Assembly: GCA_963817125.1 (NCBI GenBank)
Contig: CAWFNB010000004.1
Coordinates: forward strand, 139,144-203,143
Length of the DNA stretch: 64,000 nucleotides
Direction: 5' to 3'
From: an uncultured Actinomycetota bacterium
GTDB lineage: Bacteria; Actinomycetota; Actinomycetes; Propionibacteriales; Nocardioidaceae
The notes below the pieces were generated by a model. The model did no database searches, had not been told where the DNA came from, and saw nothing but the letters and a program-made list of their open reading frames with translations. Made by a program: the position numbers and the translations under genes. This document shows, in pieces, positions 18,212-27,501 of the stretch (position 1 is the first letter of the stretch; every line of letters begins with the position of its first letter).

Positions 18212-19025
18212 CTGGCGCCCCCGGCTCGTCGCCCTCGACATCGACGGCACGCTGCTCAAGTGGATCGACGGCGCGGGTACGACGTACGAGGAGATCGCGC
18301 CGGCCGTGGGTGACGCCGTGCGCCGCGCCCGCGACTCCGGCACCCACGTGGTGCTGGCCAGCGGCCGGTCGCCGCACGGCATGATCCCGGTCGCGGACCT
18401 GCTGGAGCTGCACCTCGACGGCACCGACCCGCTCTGGGTCGTGGCCAGCAACGGCGCGGTGGCCTTCCGCTACCCGCCGCTGGAGGTGGTCATGGAGGAG
18501 ACCTTCGACGCGGCGCCCGCGGTCAAGGCCATCCTCGAGCGGCATCCGACAGCCCTGGTGGCCGTCGAGGAACGCGGTGTCGGCTACCGCGTGAGCCGGG
18601 AGTTCCCGGTCGGTGAGCTGTCCGGCGAGATGATCCTCACCGACGTCGAGGAGCTCGTCTCCACGCCGGTCAGCCGGGTGATCATCCGCGACCCGGACGC
18701 GACCGCGGATGACTTCGTCTCCCTGGCCTCCGAGCTCGGGCTGCACGGCACCGACTACGTCGTGGGCTGGACCGCCTGGCTCGACCTCGCGCCGGTCGGG
18801 GTCTCCAAGGCGTCCGGGCTCGCCCACGTCGCGGAGCGGCTCGGAGTCGCCGCCGCCGACGTGCTCGCGATCGGGGACGGTCGCAACGACATCGAGATGC
18901 TCCAGTGGGCCGGGCGCGGGGTGGCGATGGGACAGGCGGTCCAGCAGGTCATCGATGCCGCCGACGACGTCACCCTCACGGTTGCCGAGGACGGCGCCGC
19001 GGTCGAGCTCGGGAGGTACTTCTGA
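18204..19025 (+). CDS. HAD-family (Cof-type) phosphatase
   Basis: ATG at 18204. [11 protein letters not shown] motif I and [10 protein letters not shown] motif IV. Confidence 0.8.
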   Translation: MSSWRPRLVALDIDGTLLKWIDGAGTTYEEIAPAVGDAVRRARDSGTHVVLASGRSPHGMIPVADLLELHLDGTDPLWVVASNGAVAFRYPPLEVVMEETFDAAPAVKAILERHPTALVAVEERGVGYRVSREFPVGELSGEMILTDVEELVSTPVSRVIIRDPDATADDFVSLASELGLHGTDYVVGWTAWLDLAPVGVSKASGLAHVAERLGVAAADVLAIGDGRNDIEMLQWAGRGVAMGQAVQQVIDAADDVTLTVAEDGAAVELGRYF

Positions 19026-19513
19026 TGCGGGTCAAGGTCGACACCGAGCGGCTCGCGCTGCCGCTCTGGACCGCCGACGACGTGGCGGCGATCAGGGCCG
19101 GTGGCCGCCGCCCGGGGTGGCATCCGCAGTTCCCGCGCGAGGACGACCGCGACGCCGCGTCGATCTGGCACGACGGCGACCCGTGGTCGTGCCGGTCGAT
19201 CGCCCGCGAGGACGTCGTGGTGGGGTCCGTCGGCTTCTTCGGGCCTCCCGAGCGCGCCGACGATGGAGTGCTCGAGGCCGAGGTCGGCTACGGCCTGGTC
19301 GAAGACGCCCGAGGCAACGGGTTGATGACCGAGGCGCTGACCGCGCTGATCGCCGAGGCGGAGGCGGCCGGCGTGCGAGTCCGGGCCAGCGTCCGCCCCG
19401 ACAACACGGCGAGCCTCCGGGTCCTGGCGAAGTGCGGCTTCACCGAGCTGCGCGGCAGCAACGAGGACGGCGAGCTGGTGCTGGCCCGCCCACTGCGCGC
19501 TCGCGGTGGTTGA
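19025..19513 (+). CDS. GNAT family N-acetyltransferase
   Basis: ATG at 19025 overlaps the upstream TGA. GYGLVEDARGNGLMTEAL...ASLRVLAKCGF matches the GNAT motif A region. Confidence 0.75.
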   Translation: MRVKVDTERLALPLWTADDVAAIRAGGRRPGWHPQFPREDDRDAASIWHDGDPWSCRSIAREDVVVGSVGFFGPPERADDGVLEAEVGYGLVEDARGNGLMTEALTALIAEAEAAGVRVRASVRPDNTASLRVLAKCGFTELRGSNEDGELVLARPLRARGG

Positions 19514-20330
19514 GGAAGGCGCGCAAGCGCCTGTCTCGAAACCGCCTCGGCTGGTCGCCACCGATCTCGACGGGACCCTGGTCCGCACCGACGGCACCAT
19601 CTCCGACCGGACCCGCGACGTGCTGGCCGCCGTCGAGGCCCGAGGGGTGCCGGTCGTGTTCGTGACCGGCCGCCCCTTGCGCTGGGCCGAGGAGGTCTTC
19701 GAGCACGTCGGCGACCACGGGCTGGCCGTGGTGTCCAACGGCGCACTCGTGTGGGACGTCGCCGCCGACCGGCCGCGGCTGCGCCGCGAGATCGACCCAG
19801 AGACGGTGCGCCGGGTCGTGGCCGAGCTGCGCGACGCCATACCCGGCTCGGCGTTCGCCGTCGAGACCCTGACGGGCATCGGGCTCGAGCAGGACTTCAT
19901 GGAGCGTCACCCGGTCCCCGACGGCGCCCGCCGGGCGCCGCTCGACGAGCTCGTCGACGGCCCGGTCGTCAAGCTGCTGGCCCGGCACGAGGAGCTCGGG
20001 CCGCAGGACTACTGGGACGCCGCGGAGGCCGTGATCGGCGAACAGGTCACGATCACGTGGTCCTCGGCCAGCACCCTGCTCGAGATCAGCGCGGCCGACG
20101 TCACCAAGGCCTCCACGCTGGCCCTCGTGGCCGACGAGCTGGGCGTCGACCCGGCGGACGTGGTCGCCTTCGGCGACATGCCCAACGACCTGCCGATGCT
20201 GGCCTGGGCCGGGACGTCGTACGCGATGGCCAACGCCCACCCGACGGTGCTGGCCGCGGTGGACCACGTCGCTCCCAGCAACGACGAGGATGGGGTCGCG
20301 ACGGTGCTGAGTGGCATCTTCGACGTGTGA
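19506..20330 (+). CDS. HAD-family (Cof-type) phosphatase
   Basis: LVATDLDGTLV motif I, VFVTGRP, and GDMPNDLPML motif IV. Confidence 0.8.
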   Translation: MVEEGAQAPVSKPPRLVATDLDGTLVRTDGTISDRTRDVLAAVEARGVPVVFVTGRPLRWAEEVFEHVGDHGLAVVSNGALVWDVAADRPRLRREIDPETVRRVVAELRDAIPGSAFAVETLTGIGLEQDFMERHPVPDGARRAPLDELVDGPVVKLLARHEELGPQDYWDAAEAVIGEQVTITWSSASTLLEISAADVTKASTLALVADELGVDPADVVAFGDMPNDLPMLAWAGTSYAMANAHPTVLAAVDHVAPSNDEDGVATVLSGIFDV

Positions 20331-20965
20331 TCTGTTGTGATGCTCCGGTGCCCCGACGCCTGCTGACCCTCGCTTTCGGGGCCCTCGCGGTCGTGCTCTC
20401 GGTGTGCGTCGGGGCCGTGCCGGCCGACGCCTCGGCGCCGAGCCGGGTGCCGCACTGCCCGCCCCTCACGGTCAAGGACAGCACCAAGAACGCGATGGCG
20501 GTCTTCAGCGGCATCGTGACCGCGGTCGAGCGGCAGGAACGCACCGACGGCCAGCCGGGCGCGATCTACCTGCAGGAGGTGACGGTCGACCTCGTCTACC
20601 AGGGCCACGTCGACACCGAGTCCGTCCAGGTCCAGACCGACCGCAACCGGCTCCAGTGCAGCCTCGGCGGGCTGGCCACCGGCACCGAGTACATGTTCTT
20701 CGTCACCGGCAGCGGCGCTCCGTGGCTCGCGTCGGGGGTCAGCGGCACCAGGGTCTCCAGCGAGACGGTGGTCGCGCAGGTCGAGCGGCTCCTCGGCGAG
20801 GGGGCGCCACCTGTGCAGCCGGAACCGGAGCAAGCGGTGTTCACCGCGGTCGACACCAGTGAGCCGCAGTCGCTCTCGCGCGCGGCCGCCCCGGGTGCCG
20901 CGCTGGTCCTGGTCGGCCTGCTCGGGCTGCTGCTGGTGCGCGGCCTGGCTCGTCGTTCGCGCTAG
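20328..20965 (+). CDS. secreted protein with C-terminal membrane anchor, unknown function
   Basis: GTG at 20328 (or 20349). Signal peptide LLTLAFGALAVVLSVCVGAVPADASA. C-terminal helix ALVLVGLLGLLLV followed by RGLARRSR. No LPXTG motif. Confidence 0.55.
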
Positions 20966-20984
20966 CTCCGTCTACTAGATCGGC

Positions 20985-21614
20985 CTAGAGGTACATCCCG
21001 CCTGAGTCGCCGGGCTGGTGCGGCTGGTCGGGGTCGCCCGGCTGGGCCGGTGGCTGCCCGCTCGAGCCCATGGGCAGTCCGCGGCGCATCTGCTCGAACT
21101 GCGCGCGGGCGGCCATCTGCTGGGCGTAGATCGCGGTCTGGATCCCGTGGAAGAGCCCCTCCAGCCAGCCGACCAGCTGGGCCTGGGCGATCCGCAGCTC
21201 GCCCTCGGAGGGGGTCTTGTCGTCGGAGAACGGCAGCGTCAGTCGCTCCAGCTCCTCGACCAGCTCGGGCGCGAGGCCGGCCTCGAGCTCGTGGATCGAG
21301 GCCTCGTGGATCTCCTTGAGCCGGTTGCGGCTGGCCTCGTCGAGGGGCGCGGCCTTCACCTCCTCGAGCAGCTGGCGGATCATGCTGCCGATCCGCATCA
21401 CCTTCGCGGGCTGCTCGACCAGGTCGGTGAGGGCCCGCTCGTCCGACTCCTGGGCATCGCTCGCCGCCGCCTGGGCCATGGCGAGCGCGGACTCGGGGAC
21501 GGCACCGATCGGCTGGCCGTCGGGGCCGATGATGACGACCTGGCGCTCGCCCTGCTGGCCGTCCTCGGTCTCCTGGCCGCCCTGCTCGCCGGTGGGCCCC
21601 TGCTCCTCGCTCAT
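20985..21614 (-). CDS. bpa: bacterial proteasome activator family protein
   Basis: Acidic/Gln-rich N-terminus, helical core LVEQPAKVMRIGSMIRQLLEEV, and a C-terminal GGMYL (HbYX-like tail, as in Bpa/PafE). Confidence 0.75.
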   Translation of the reverse strand: MSEEQGPTGEQGGQETEDGQQGERQVVIIGPDGQPIGAVPESALAMAQAAASDAQESDERALTDLVEQPAKVMRIGSMIRQLLEEVKAAPLDEASRNRLKEIHEASIHELEAGLAPELVEELERLTLPFSDDKTPSEGELRIAQAQLVGWLEGLFHGIQTAIYAQQMAARAQFEQMRRGLPMGSSGQPPAQPGDPDQPHQPGDSGGMYL

Positions 21615-21663
21615 GGCCTCACGGTATCGATCGGCTCCCGATCGACCCTCGGAGCCCCGGCGG

Positions 21664-22641
21664 TCAGGTGACGAGCAGGATCTTGCCGGTGTGGTCGCCG
21701 GACTCCATCAGCTCGTGCGCCCGTCGTACGTCGTCGAGCCGGATGGTCTCGTGCACGACCGGCCGGACCCGGCCGTCGCCGACCAGGGGCCAGACGTGGT
21801 CGACCACCGACCGGCAGATGGCCGCCTTCTCCCCGGCCGGCCGGCTCCGCAACGTGGTGGCGATGACGGCGCCGCGCTTGCGGAGCAGCGCGCTGAGGTC
21901 GAGCTCGCCCTTGGTGCCGCCCTGCATCCCGATGACCACCAGCCTGCCCTCGACGGCGAGCGCGGTGACGTTGCGGCCGAGGTAGGAGGCCCCCATGTTG
22001 TCGAGGATGACGTCGGCTCCCGCGCCGTCGGTGTGCTTGCCGAGCACCTCGACGAAGTCCTCGTTGCGGTAGTCGATCGCCACCTCGGCGCCCAGCGACC
22101 GACAGAAGTCGCGCTTCTCCTCGCTGCCCGCGGTGGTGAACACCCGCGCCCCCAGCTGGGCGCCCAGCTGGATCGCGAACGTCCCGATCCCGCCGGCGCC
22201 GCCGTGCACGAGCAGCACCTCGTCGGCCTGCAGGGCGGCCACCATGAACACGTTGGACCACACCGTGCACGCCACCTCGGGCAGTGCCGCAGCCTCGACC
22301 AGGTCGACCCCGTCCGGCACCGGCATCAGCTGCCCGCTCGGGACCGACACCTTGGTCGCATAGGCACCGGCGGACAGCAGTGCGCACCCGCGGTCACCCA
22401 CCGACCAGTCCTCGACGCCGTCGCCGACCGCCGCGACGGTCCCGCTGCACTCCATCCCGAGCACGTCGGACGCCCCGGGCGGCGGCGGGTAGAACCCCTG
22501 TCGCTGCAGCAGGTCGGCCCGGTTCAGTCCGGCAGCGGCGACGTCCAGCACCACCTCGCCCGGCCCGGGCTCGGGGTCGGCGAGGTCGCGCACGACCAGG
22601 ACCTCGGGGCCGCCGGCCCCGTCCGCGAGGACAGCGCGCAC
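21664..22641 (-). CDS. NAD(P)H:quinone oxidoreductase (zinc-independent MDR family)
   Basis: 325 aa. GLNRADLLQRQGFYPPPPGASDVLGMECSG and Rossmann motif VHGGAGGIGTFAIQL. Confidence 0.85.
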   Translation of the reverse strand: MRAVLADGAGGPEVLVVRDLADPEPGPGEVVLDVAAAGLNRADLLQRQGFYPPPPGASDVLGMECSGTVAAVGDGVEDWSVGDRGCALLSAGAYATKVSVPSGQLMPVPDGVDLVEAAALPEVACTVWSNVFMVAALQADEVLLVHGGAGGIGTFAIQLGAQLGARVFTTAGSEEKRDFCRSLGAEVAIDYRNEDFVEVLGKHTDGAGADVILDNMGASYLGRNVTALAVEGRLVVIGMQGGTKGELDLSALLRKRGAVIATTLRSRPAGEKAAICRSVVDHVWPLVGDGRVRPVVHETIRLDDVRRAHELMESGDHTGKILLVT

Positions 22642-22647
22642 AGCGCG

Positions 22648-23007
22648 CTAGACCTCTTCGTCGACGAGCTCGTCGATGCGGTCGTCCTCGTAACGCTCGC
22701 CGGTGTGGTCGACGGTGCTGTCGTCGGGCACGGGGTCATCGATGTCCACGGGGTCGGGCGCGTCGGCCGGGCGGTCCCAGCCCTCGGCCAGCGCCTGCGC
22801 GCGGGCGGCCAACGCTTCCACCCCTTCGGGGTTGGCCCCTTGCTCGGAGGCGGCGTATCCCAGCAGGAATGCCGTGACGGGTGCGGCCAGGTGCTCGACG
22901 TTGCGCGCGGCGGCGCGGGTGAGGTCGGCCAGCAACCCCTCGTCGACCTCCACGTCCTCGAGATCGAGGACGTCGCACAGCTCGTCGATCCAGTCGTGGA
23001 GGTTCAC
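22648..23007 (-). CDS. DUF6457-like acidic protein
   Basis: 119 aa starting MNLHDWIDELCDVLDLE. This family commonly sits next to mobA in actinobacteria (assignment from memory). Confidence 0.6.
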   Translation of the reverse strand: MNLHDWIDELCDVLDLEDVEVDEGLLADLTRAAARNVEHLAAPVTAFLLGYAASEQGANPEGVEALAARAQALAEGWDRPADAPDPVDIDDPVPDDSTVDHTGERYEDDRIDELVDEEV

Positions 23008-23067
23008 AGCCTCAGACTTGCGTGCCGCCGGTCGTCTCGCAACCTTCGAGCCGCTCGAGACCGGTCG

Positions 23068-23628
23068 TCACGACAGATCCCGGATGTCGGCCCAGGTGTC
23101 CACGTCGCGGTGCTCCTGCCCTTCGGCCGCGAGCTCGGCGAGGTCGAGCGGCTCGAGAAACCGGTGCAGGGCCAGGCCGTGCTGCTCCTCGCGGCCGGGA
23201 CGAACGGCGTCCAGCCGGGCCACGTCGAGCACCAGGGCGAGCTGGCGGCGACCATCGGGACCCACCAGCACGGCGCCGTCGCAGCCGTCGGCAGCGTCGC
23301 GGAGTCTCTGGAAGGTGTGCGCGGTCAGGTGCGGCATGTCGCACGCCAGCACCGCGACGGTGCCGCGCGGGTCGAGCAGCGCATCCCGGCCGGTGAGCAG
23401 CGCGGCCACCGGGCCGCCGTGGCGCGGGTCCTCGCGGGTGAAGGTCACCGGCCGATGGGTCGGCACCGGGTCCCCGACCACCACCACCTCGGCGGCGTCG
23501 ATGACCGAGTCCAGCGCCCAGGTGAGCAGGGTCCGGCCGTGCAGCTCGACCGAGGCCTTGTCGACGCCGTCGAGCCGGGCGGCCATGCCGCCGGCCAGCA
23601 CAATTGCGCTGAACGCTCCGGACACCAC
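23068..23628 (-). CDS. mobA: molybdenum cofactor guanylyltransferase
   Basis: GTG at 23628. AIVLAGGMAARLDGVDKA (LAGGxxxRxxG signature) and LACDMP motif. Confidence 0.75.
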   Translation of the reverse strand: MVSGAFSAIVLAGGMAARLDGVDKASVELHGRTLLTWALDSVIDAAEVVVVGDPVPTHRPVTFTREDPRHGGPVAALLTGRDALLDPRGTVAVLACDMPHLTAHTFQRLRDAADGCDGAVLVGPDGRRQLALVLDVARLDAVRPGREEQHGLALHRFLEPLDLAELAAEGQEHRDVDTWADIRDLS

Positions 23629-23691
23629 GACCCCAGTGTCCCCACACCTGACGGCCGCTCGCACCCTGCTGGCAGTCTGGGCGGTGTGAAC

Positions 23692-24450
23692 ATGCTGTCG
23701 GTCACGGTCGTGCAGGAGGCATCGGGGCTCGATTCGGCGAGCAACCGGGCTCGGCTGCGGGACGTGGTCACCAGCGACAGCGACCTCGTCGTGCTTCCCG
23801 AGGCGTTCGCCCGCGACTTCGGCGAGCCGGGCTCGGACGTGAGCCCGTACGCCGAGGGGCTGGACGGCGCCTTCGCCACCGAGCTGGCCGACGTGGCGGC
23901 CGCGCACAACACCACCGTCGTGGCGGGGATGTTCGAGGCGTCGGCAGATCCCGCACGTCCCTACAACACGCTGCTGGTCCGCGGCGCCGCGACGACGGCG
24001 TACCGCAAGATCCACCTCTACGACTCCTTCGGCTACCGCGAGTCGGACGCGCTCTCGCCCGGCGACCTCACCCCGGTGCTCGTGGATGTCGCAGGCTTCC
24101 GGGTCGGGCTGATGACCTGCTACGACCTGCGCTTCCCCGAGCTGGGACGGCTCCTCGTCGACCGGGGCGCCGAGGTTCTCGTCGTTCCGGCCGCGTGGGT
24201 CGCGGGGCCGCGGAAGGTCGAGCACTGGCGCACGCTGGTCAGGGCCCGGGCGATCGAGAACACCGTCTTCGTCGTCGCGGCCGGCCAGCCCGGTCCGCGC
24301 TACACCGGCCACTCGCTGGTCGTGGACCCCCTCGGGGACGTGCTCGCGGAAGCCGGCGTGGATGCCGCAGTGTTGCGCGCGACCCTGGACCGCGAGGTTC
24401 TGGACGAGGCCCGGCGCACCAACCCCTCGCTCGCCAACCGCAGGTTCTAG
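23692..24450 (+). CDS. carbon-nitrogen hydrolase (nitrilase superfamily) protein
   Basis: Real C-terminal part of the 1077-aa track ORF. Catalytic triad contexts VVLPEAF, YRKIHLYD, GLMTCYDLRFPE. Confidence 0.85.
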   Translation: MLSVTVVQEASGLDSASNRARLRDVVTSDSDLVVLPEAFARDFGEPGSDVSPYAEGLDGAFATELADVAAAHNTTVVAGMFEASADPARPYNTLLVRGAATTAYRKIHLYDSFGYRESDALSPGDLTPVLVDVAGFRVGLMTCYDLRFPELGRLLVDRGAEVLVVPAAWVAGPRKVEHWRTLVRARAIENTVFVVAAGQPGPRYTGHSLVVDPLGDVLAEAGVDAAVLRATLDREVLDEARRTNPSLANRRF

Positions 24451-24481
24451 AGAGCAAGGCCGCTCTGTAACCTGTTCTGTC

Positions 24482-25633
24482 GTGCCCCGGACCGCTCCTC
24501 GACGTCGCGCGACGCGCCACGGGCGGGTCCGCGTGAGGCCGGTCGACCCCGCTCCGCAGCCGACGCCCGCACCGCCACCCGGGCCGGTGCACGAGGAGAT
24601 CGTGCCGGGCTCCATCGCCGGCGCGACCCCGGAGCTGACCGTCACGGTGGCCGACGACGACCCGGTCCACAGCCGGCTCCTGGTCGCCCTCTGGCTGCTG
24701 GTGGTCGCCGGTGGCTTGGCCGCGCTCATCTGCGCGCTGATCCCGGTCGGACCGGGCTGGCTGGACGGTGCCGGCGCGGTCGCCGTCGTGACGGCGTACA
24801 CGTGCGGGCTGGCCGCGCGTACAGGGGGACGCCCGGTCGTCTTCGGTGCGCTCGCGCTGGCGCTGGGAGTCCTCGTCCTCGTGCTGGACCTTGACTACCT
24901 GCGCACCGGCGCCGCGGTGATGACCTGTGTCGTCTCGGCGGTGCTCGGGGTGATGGCCACGACACCGGCGGTCCGCTTCGTGCGGGCCGCACGGGAGTGC
25001 GTGGTGGCTGTGCTCGTTGCCGCGATCGGAGCGATGGCCACCATCGGCTTCGACCCGGTCGTCTCGGTGGTGCGCTTCGAGTACGCCACCCTCGGCCTGG
25101 CCATGGCCGGTGCGTTCGGCGTCGTGTACCGGCTCGGTGCCGGCCTGCACGGCCTCGGGCGCCGCGGACTCGCGGTGGTGGCGATCGGCGGCCTGGTGCT
25201 CGCCGTGACCCTGCTGTACGCCGAGATGTTGCGCCGCTACGGCTCCCAGGAGCTCGTGGACAACCTGCTCGACGGCGTGCGTTGGTGCCGGGACCACCTC
25301 GGGGCGTTCCCACGACCGATCGAAACGGTGCTCGGTGTCCCGGCCCTCGCGTGGGGCTGCCACATGCGCGCCCGGCGTCGGCAGGGCTGGTGGCTCTGCG
25401 CCTTCGGGGTCGCGGCCACCGCGCCGGTCGCGAACGCCCTGGTGAACCCAGCGATCTCCCTGCTCGAGTGCGGTCTCTCGGTGCTCTACGGCCTCGTCGT
25501 CGGGCTGCTCCTCGGCTACGTCGTGATCCGGGCCGACCTGGCCCTCACCGGCTCCCGTGGACAAGGCGGCCGTCGGCTCGAGGAGGCCGGCGCGGTCCGG
25601 CCCGAGCCACCCCGCACCGCCGCCCTTCTCTGA
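24482..25633 (+). CDS. polytopic integral membrane protein, unknown function
   Basis: GTG at 24482. Pro-rich N-terminus followed by about 9 hydrophobic helices. No motif recognised. Confidence 0.6.
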   Translation: MPRTAPRRRATRHGRVRVRPVDPAPQPTPAPPPGPVHEEIVPGSIAGATPELTVTVADDDPVHSRLLVALWLLVVAGGLAALICALIPVGPGWLDGAGAVAVVTAYTCGLAARTGGRPVVFGALALALGVLVLVLDLDYLRTGAAVMTCVVSAVLGVMATTPAVRFVRAARECVVAVLVAAIGAMATIGFDPVVSVVRFEYATLGLAMAGAFGVVYRLGAGLHGLGRRGLAVVAIGGLVLAVTLLYAEMLRRYGSQELVDNLLDGVRWCRDHLGAFPRPIETVLGVPALAWGCHMRARRRQGWWLCAFGVAATAPVANALVNPAISLLECGLSVLYGLVVGLLLGYVVIRADLALTGSRGQGGRRLEEAGAVRPEPPRTAALL

Positions 25634-25662
25634 TAGGCGAGCGAGGACGCTAGGTTCGGGGC

Positions 25663-25896
25663 ATGGCTCGTGAGCGGGTGTCCGAGATCGTCGCGGAGAT
25701 GGTCGCCAACGTGCTGAGCGTGTCGGTCGACCCCGGCGACAAGGTGGCGGCCGGCGACGTGGTGATCATCCTGGAGTCGATGAAGATGGAGATTCCGGTC
25801 ATGGCCGAGGACACCGGCACCGTGCGCGCGGTCAAGATCGCACCGGCCGACGTGGTGCAGGAGGGCGACGTCCTCATCGAGCTGCTGCTGGATTGA
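25663..25896 (+). CDS. biotin/lipoyl-attachment (biotin carboxyl carrier-like) protein
   Basis: 77 aa. Biotinyl-lysine context VVIILESMKMEIPVMAE. Confidence 0.8.
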   Translation: MARERVSEIVAEMVANVLSVSVDPGDKVAAGDVVIILESMKMEIPVMAEDTGTVRAVKIAPADVVQEGDVLIELLLD

Positions 25897-25911
25897 AGTC
25901 CCAGCCACCGG

Positions 25912-26000
25912 CAGAGGGGGCGGGATTCGAACCCGCGGCTGACATCTCTGCCAGCGACCGCTTTCAAGGCGGTTCCGATCGGCCACTCCGGCACCCCTCC
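25912..26000 (-). tRNA. tRNA-Ser (anticodon TGA)
   Basis: Minus strand GGAGGGGTGCCGGAGTGGCC...CCTTGAAAGCGG...long variable arm...GCGGGTTCGAATCCCGCCCCCTCTG. Cloverleaf folded by hand. CCA is not encoded. Confidence 0.9.
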
Positions 26001-26056
26001 GTGCCCGCCGACGTGCGGCGGCACGGTGACGATCCTAGGAGGAGCCGGGGTCGGCC

Positions 26057-26440
26057 CTACTCCGAGCCGCCGAGCTCCAGCTCCACCTCGTCGTAGGCCA
26101 GGTCGTTGAGCCGCTGCATGTGCCGCTGGATGTCCATCAGCAGCCGCTTCAGCTCGAGCCGGGTGGCCTCGGCGTCGGGCGTCTCGAGGATCTGCGGCCC
26201 GAGCCTGCTGAGCCGGCCCAGCAGCGCATTGCGCTCGCGGAACGCCGAACCACCGCGCGCGGCCAGCCATCCGTCGTCCGACCCGGCTGCCTCGCCGGCG
26301 AGCGCATCGCGGACGCCACCCATCCGCTGGCGGACCAGCCAACGCCAGTTGCCGAGCGGTATCCCAGGCCTCCGCGGCGCGTCGAGAGCGTGGTCCAGGG
26401 CTTGAAGGGCGGCCGGCAGGCCGGGCGGGACGACGGACAT
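26057..26440 (-). CDS. hypothetical helical protein
   Basis: ATG at 26440 (MSVVPPGLPAALQ...). High GC3. No domain recognised. Confidence 0.5.
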   Translation of the reverse strand: MSVVPPGLPAALQALDHALDAPRRPGIPLGNWRWLVRQRMGGVRDALAGEAAGSDDGWLAARGGSAFRERNALLGRLSRLGPQILETPDAEATRLELKRLLMDIQRHMQRLNDLAYDEVELELGGSE

Positions 26441-26522
26441 CGCGGCCTCCTGGGGGCCGGGGGAACCTCGAGTGTGACGTAGGTCACGCGGGGTCACAAC
26501 CCTGTGTGCGAGGAGTGAGACC

Positions 26523-27005
26523 GTGCGGTGTTCAATCACCTGCGTGCCCCCGAAACCGCCCACCGTCTACCGACTGGCGCCGGCCGTGGTCGCCCGGTTC
26601 GTGGGCCTGGCCCTGGTCGGGCTGGCGCTGCTGATCTTCGTCGCTACGGCGGTCGTGGCGCTCGCCGGGCTGCCGGTCGAGCTCGTGGTGCTCGTGGTGC
26701 TCGTGGGCGTGGCGGGCTGCCTGACGCTCGGCTGGTGGCTGCGCGCGCGAGCCTGGGTGCTGCAGTGCACCGACGACGGCTATCGGGTCCGGCTGGTGCG
26801 AGGCGCCGGGGTCACCGAGGCGCGATGGAGTGCCGTCGAGGACGCCGTCACCACCCAACGCCGCGACGTGGCCTGCGTGGAGCTGCGGCTGCGCGACGGG
26901 CGGACCACAACCATCCCGGTCGGCGTGCTGGCGGTGGATCGGGAGGAGTTCGTGCGCGAGCTCCAGGGCCGGCTGCAGCGGGGCCACGGCCTGCGCCCCC
27001 TGTGA
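26523..27005 (+). CDS. membrane protein with two TM helices and a PH-like C-terminal domain
   Basis: Hydrophobic hairpin FVGLALVGLALLIFVATAVVALAG / VVLVVLVGVAGCLTLGWW, then a soluble domain resembling bacterial PH (bPH) domains. Confidence 0.55.
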   Translation: MRCSITCVPPKPPTVYRLAPAVVARFVGLALVGLALLIFVATAVVALAGLPVELVVLVVLVGVAGCLTLGWWLRARAWVLQCTDDGYRVRLVRGAGVTEARWSAVEDAVTTQRRDVACVELRLRDGRTTTIPVGVLAVDREEFVRELQGRLQRGHGLRPL

Positions 27006-27043
27006 TTCGTGGGCGGCGCTCGCCAACTTGTAGCCTGCTCCGC

Positions 27044-27137
27044 GGAGGCGTCGCCTAGTCCGGTCTATGGCGCCCGCCTGCTAAGCGGGTTGAGGGCTTC
27101 AACCCTCTCGCGGGTTCAAATCCCGCCGCCTCCGCCA
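27044..27137 (+). tRNA. tRNA-Ser (anticodon GCT), CCA encoded
   Basis: GGAGGCGTCGCCTAGTCCGG...CCCGCCTGCTAAGCGGG...long variable arm...GCGGGTTCAAATCCCGCCGCCTCCGCCA. Confidence 0.9.
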
Positions 27138-27158
27138 CGGTCTAGTCCAGAAACGAGG

Positions 27159-27190
27159 AGACGGCTCCCACTCGCGAGTGGGAGCCGTCT
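27159..27190 (+). terminator. 14-bp GC-rich hairpin downstream of tRNA-Ser
   Basis: AGACGGCTCCCACT-CGCG-AGTGGGAGCCGTCT. No clear U-tract. Confidence 0.5.
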
Positions 27191-27501
27191 GCGCGTTCTC
27201 GGGGCGAACTGCGCCGATACAGGCGCCAATTCAGGTCAGGGCAACCCTGTCGACTTTCTGCAGTTTGCGCATTCCGGCGACCTTGGAGGGGGTCGTCCAC
27301 GCGTCACATGAGCCTCAACAGGCATCAATACCCAAAAGCGGGCATGCCTTGTTGCGACCACGTCAAGCACCATTCAACTGCATATTCTTGCAATGCAATT
27401 TTGTGAGGCACCCGTGGGCTCACGCCTTGCCTGACCCTGCCGACAGACTACCGGAGGCGGGCCATTCCGTGGGCCCCCTCTTCGACTAGGTGGGGAAAAG
27501 C

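Noticed and set aside
21217-24450. 1077-aa ORF, the longest but one in the track
   Set aside because: Only its last 252 codons (23692..24450) look like a real protein (nitrilase superfamily). The rest is antisense or out of frame to bpa, qor, the DUF6457-like gene and mobA. It has Arg/Pro/Gly/His-rich low-complexity composition, typical of shadow ORFs in high-GC DNA.
27178-27489. 103-aa track ORF filling the AT-rich spacer
   Set aside because: It has no RBS, an odd composition (Pro/His/Cys/Phe runs), low third-position GC, and it overlaps hairpins. It is more likely non-coding.
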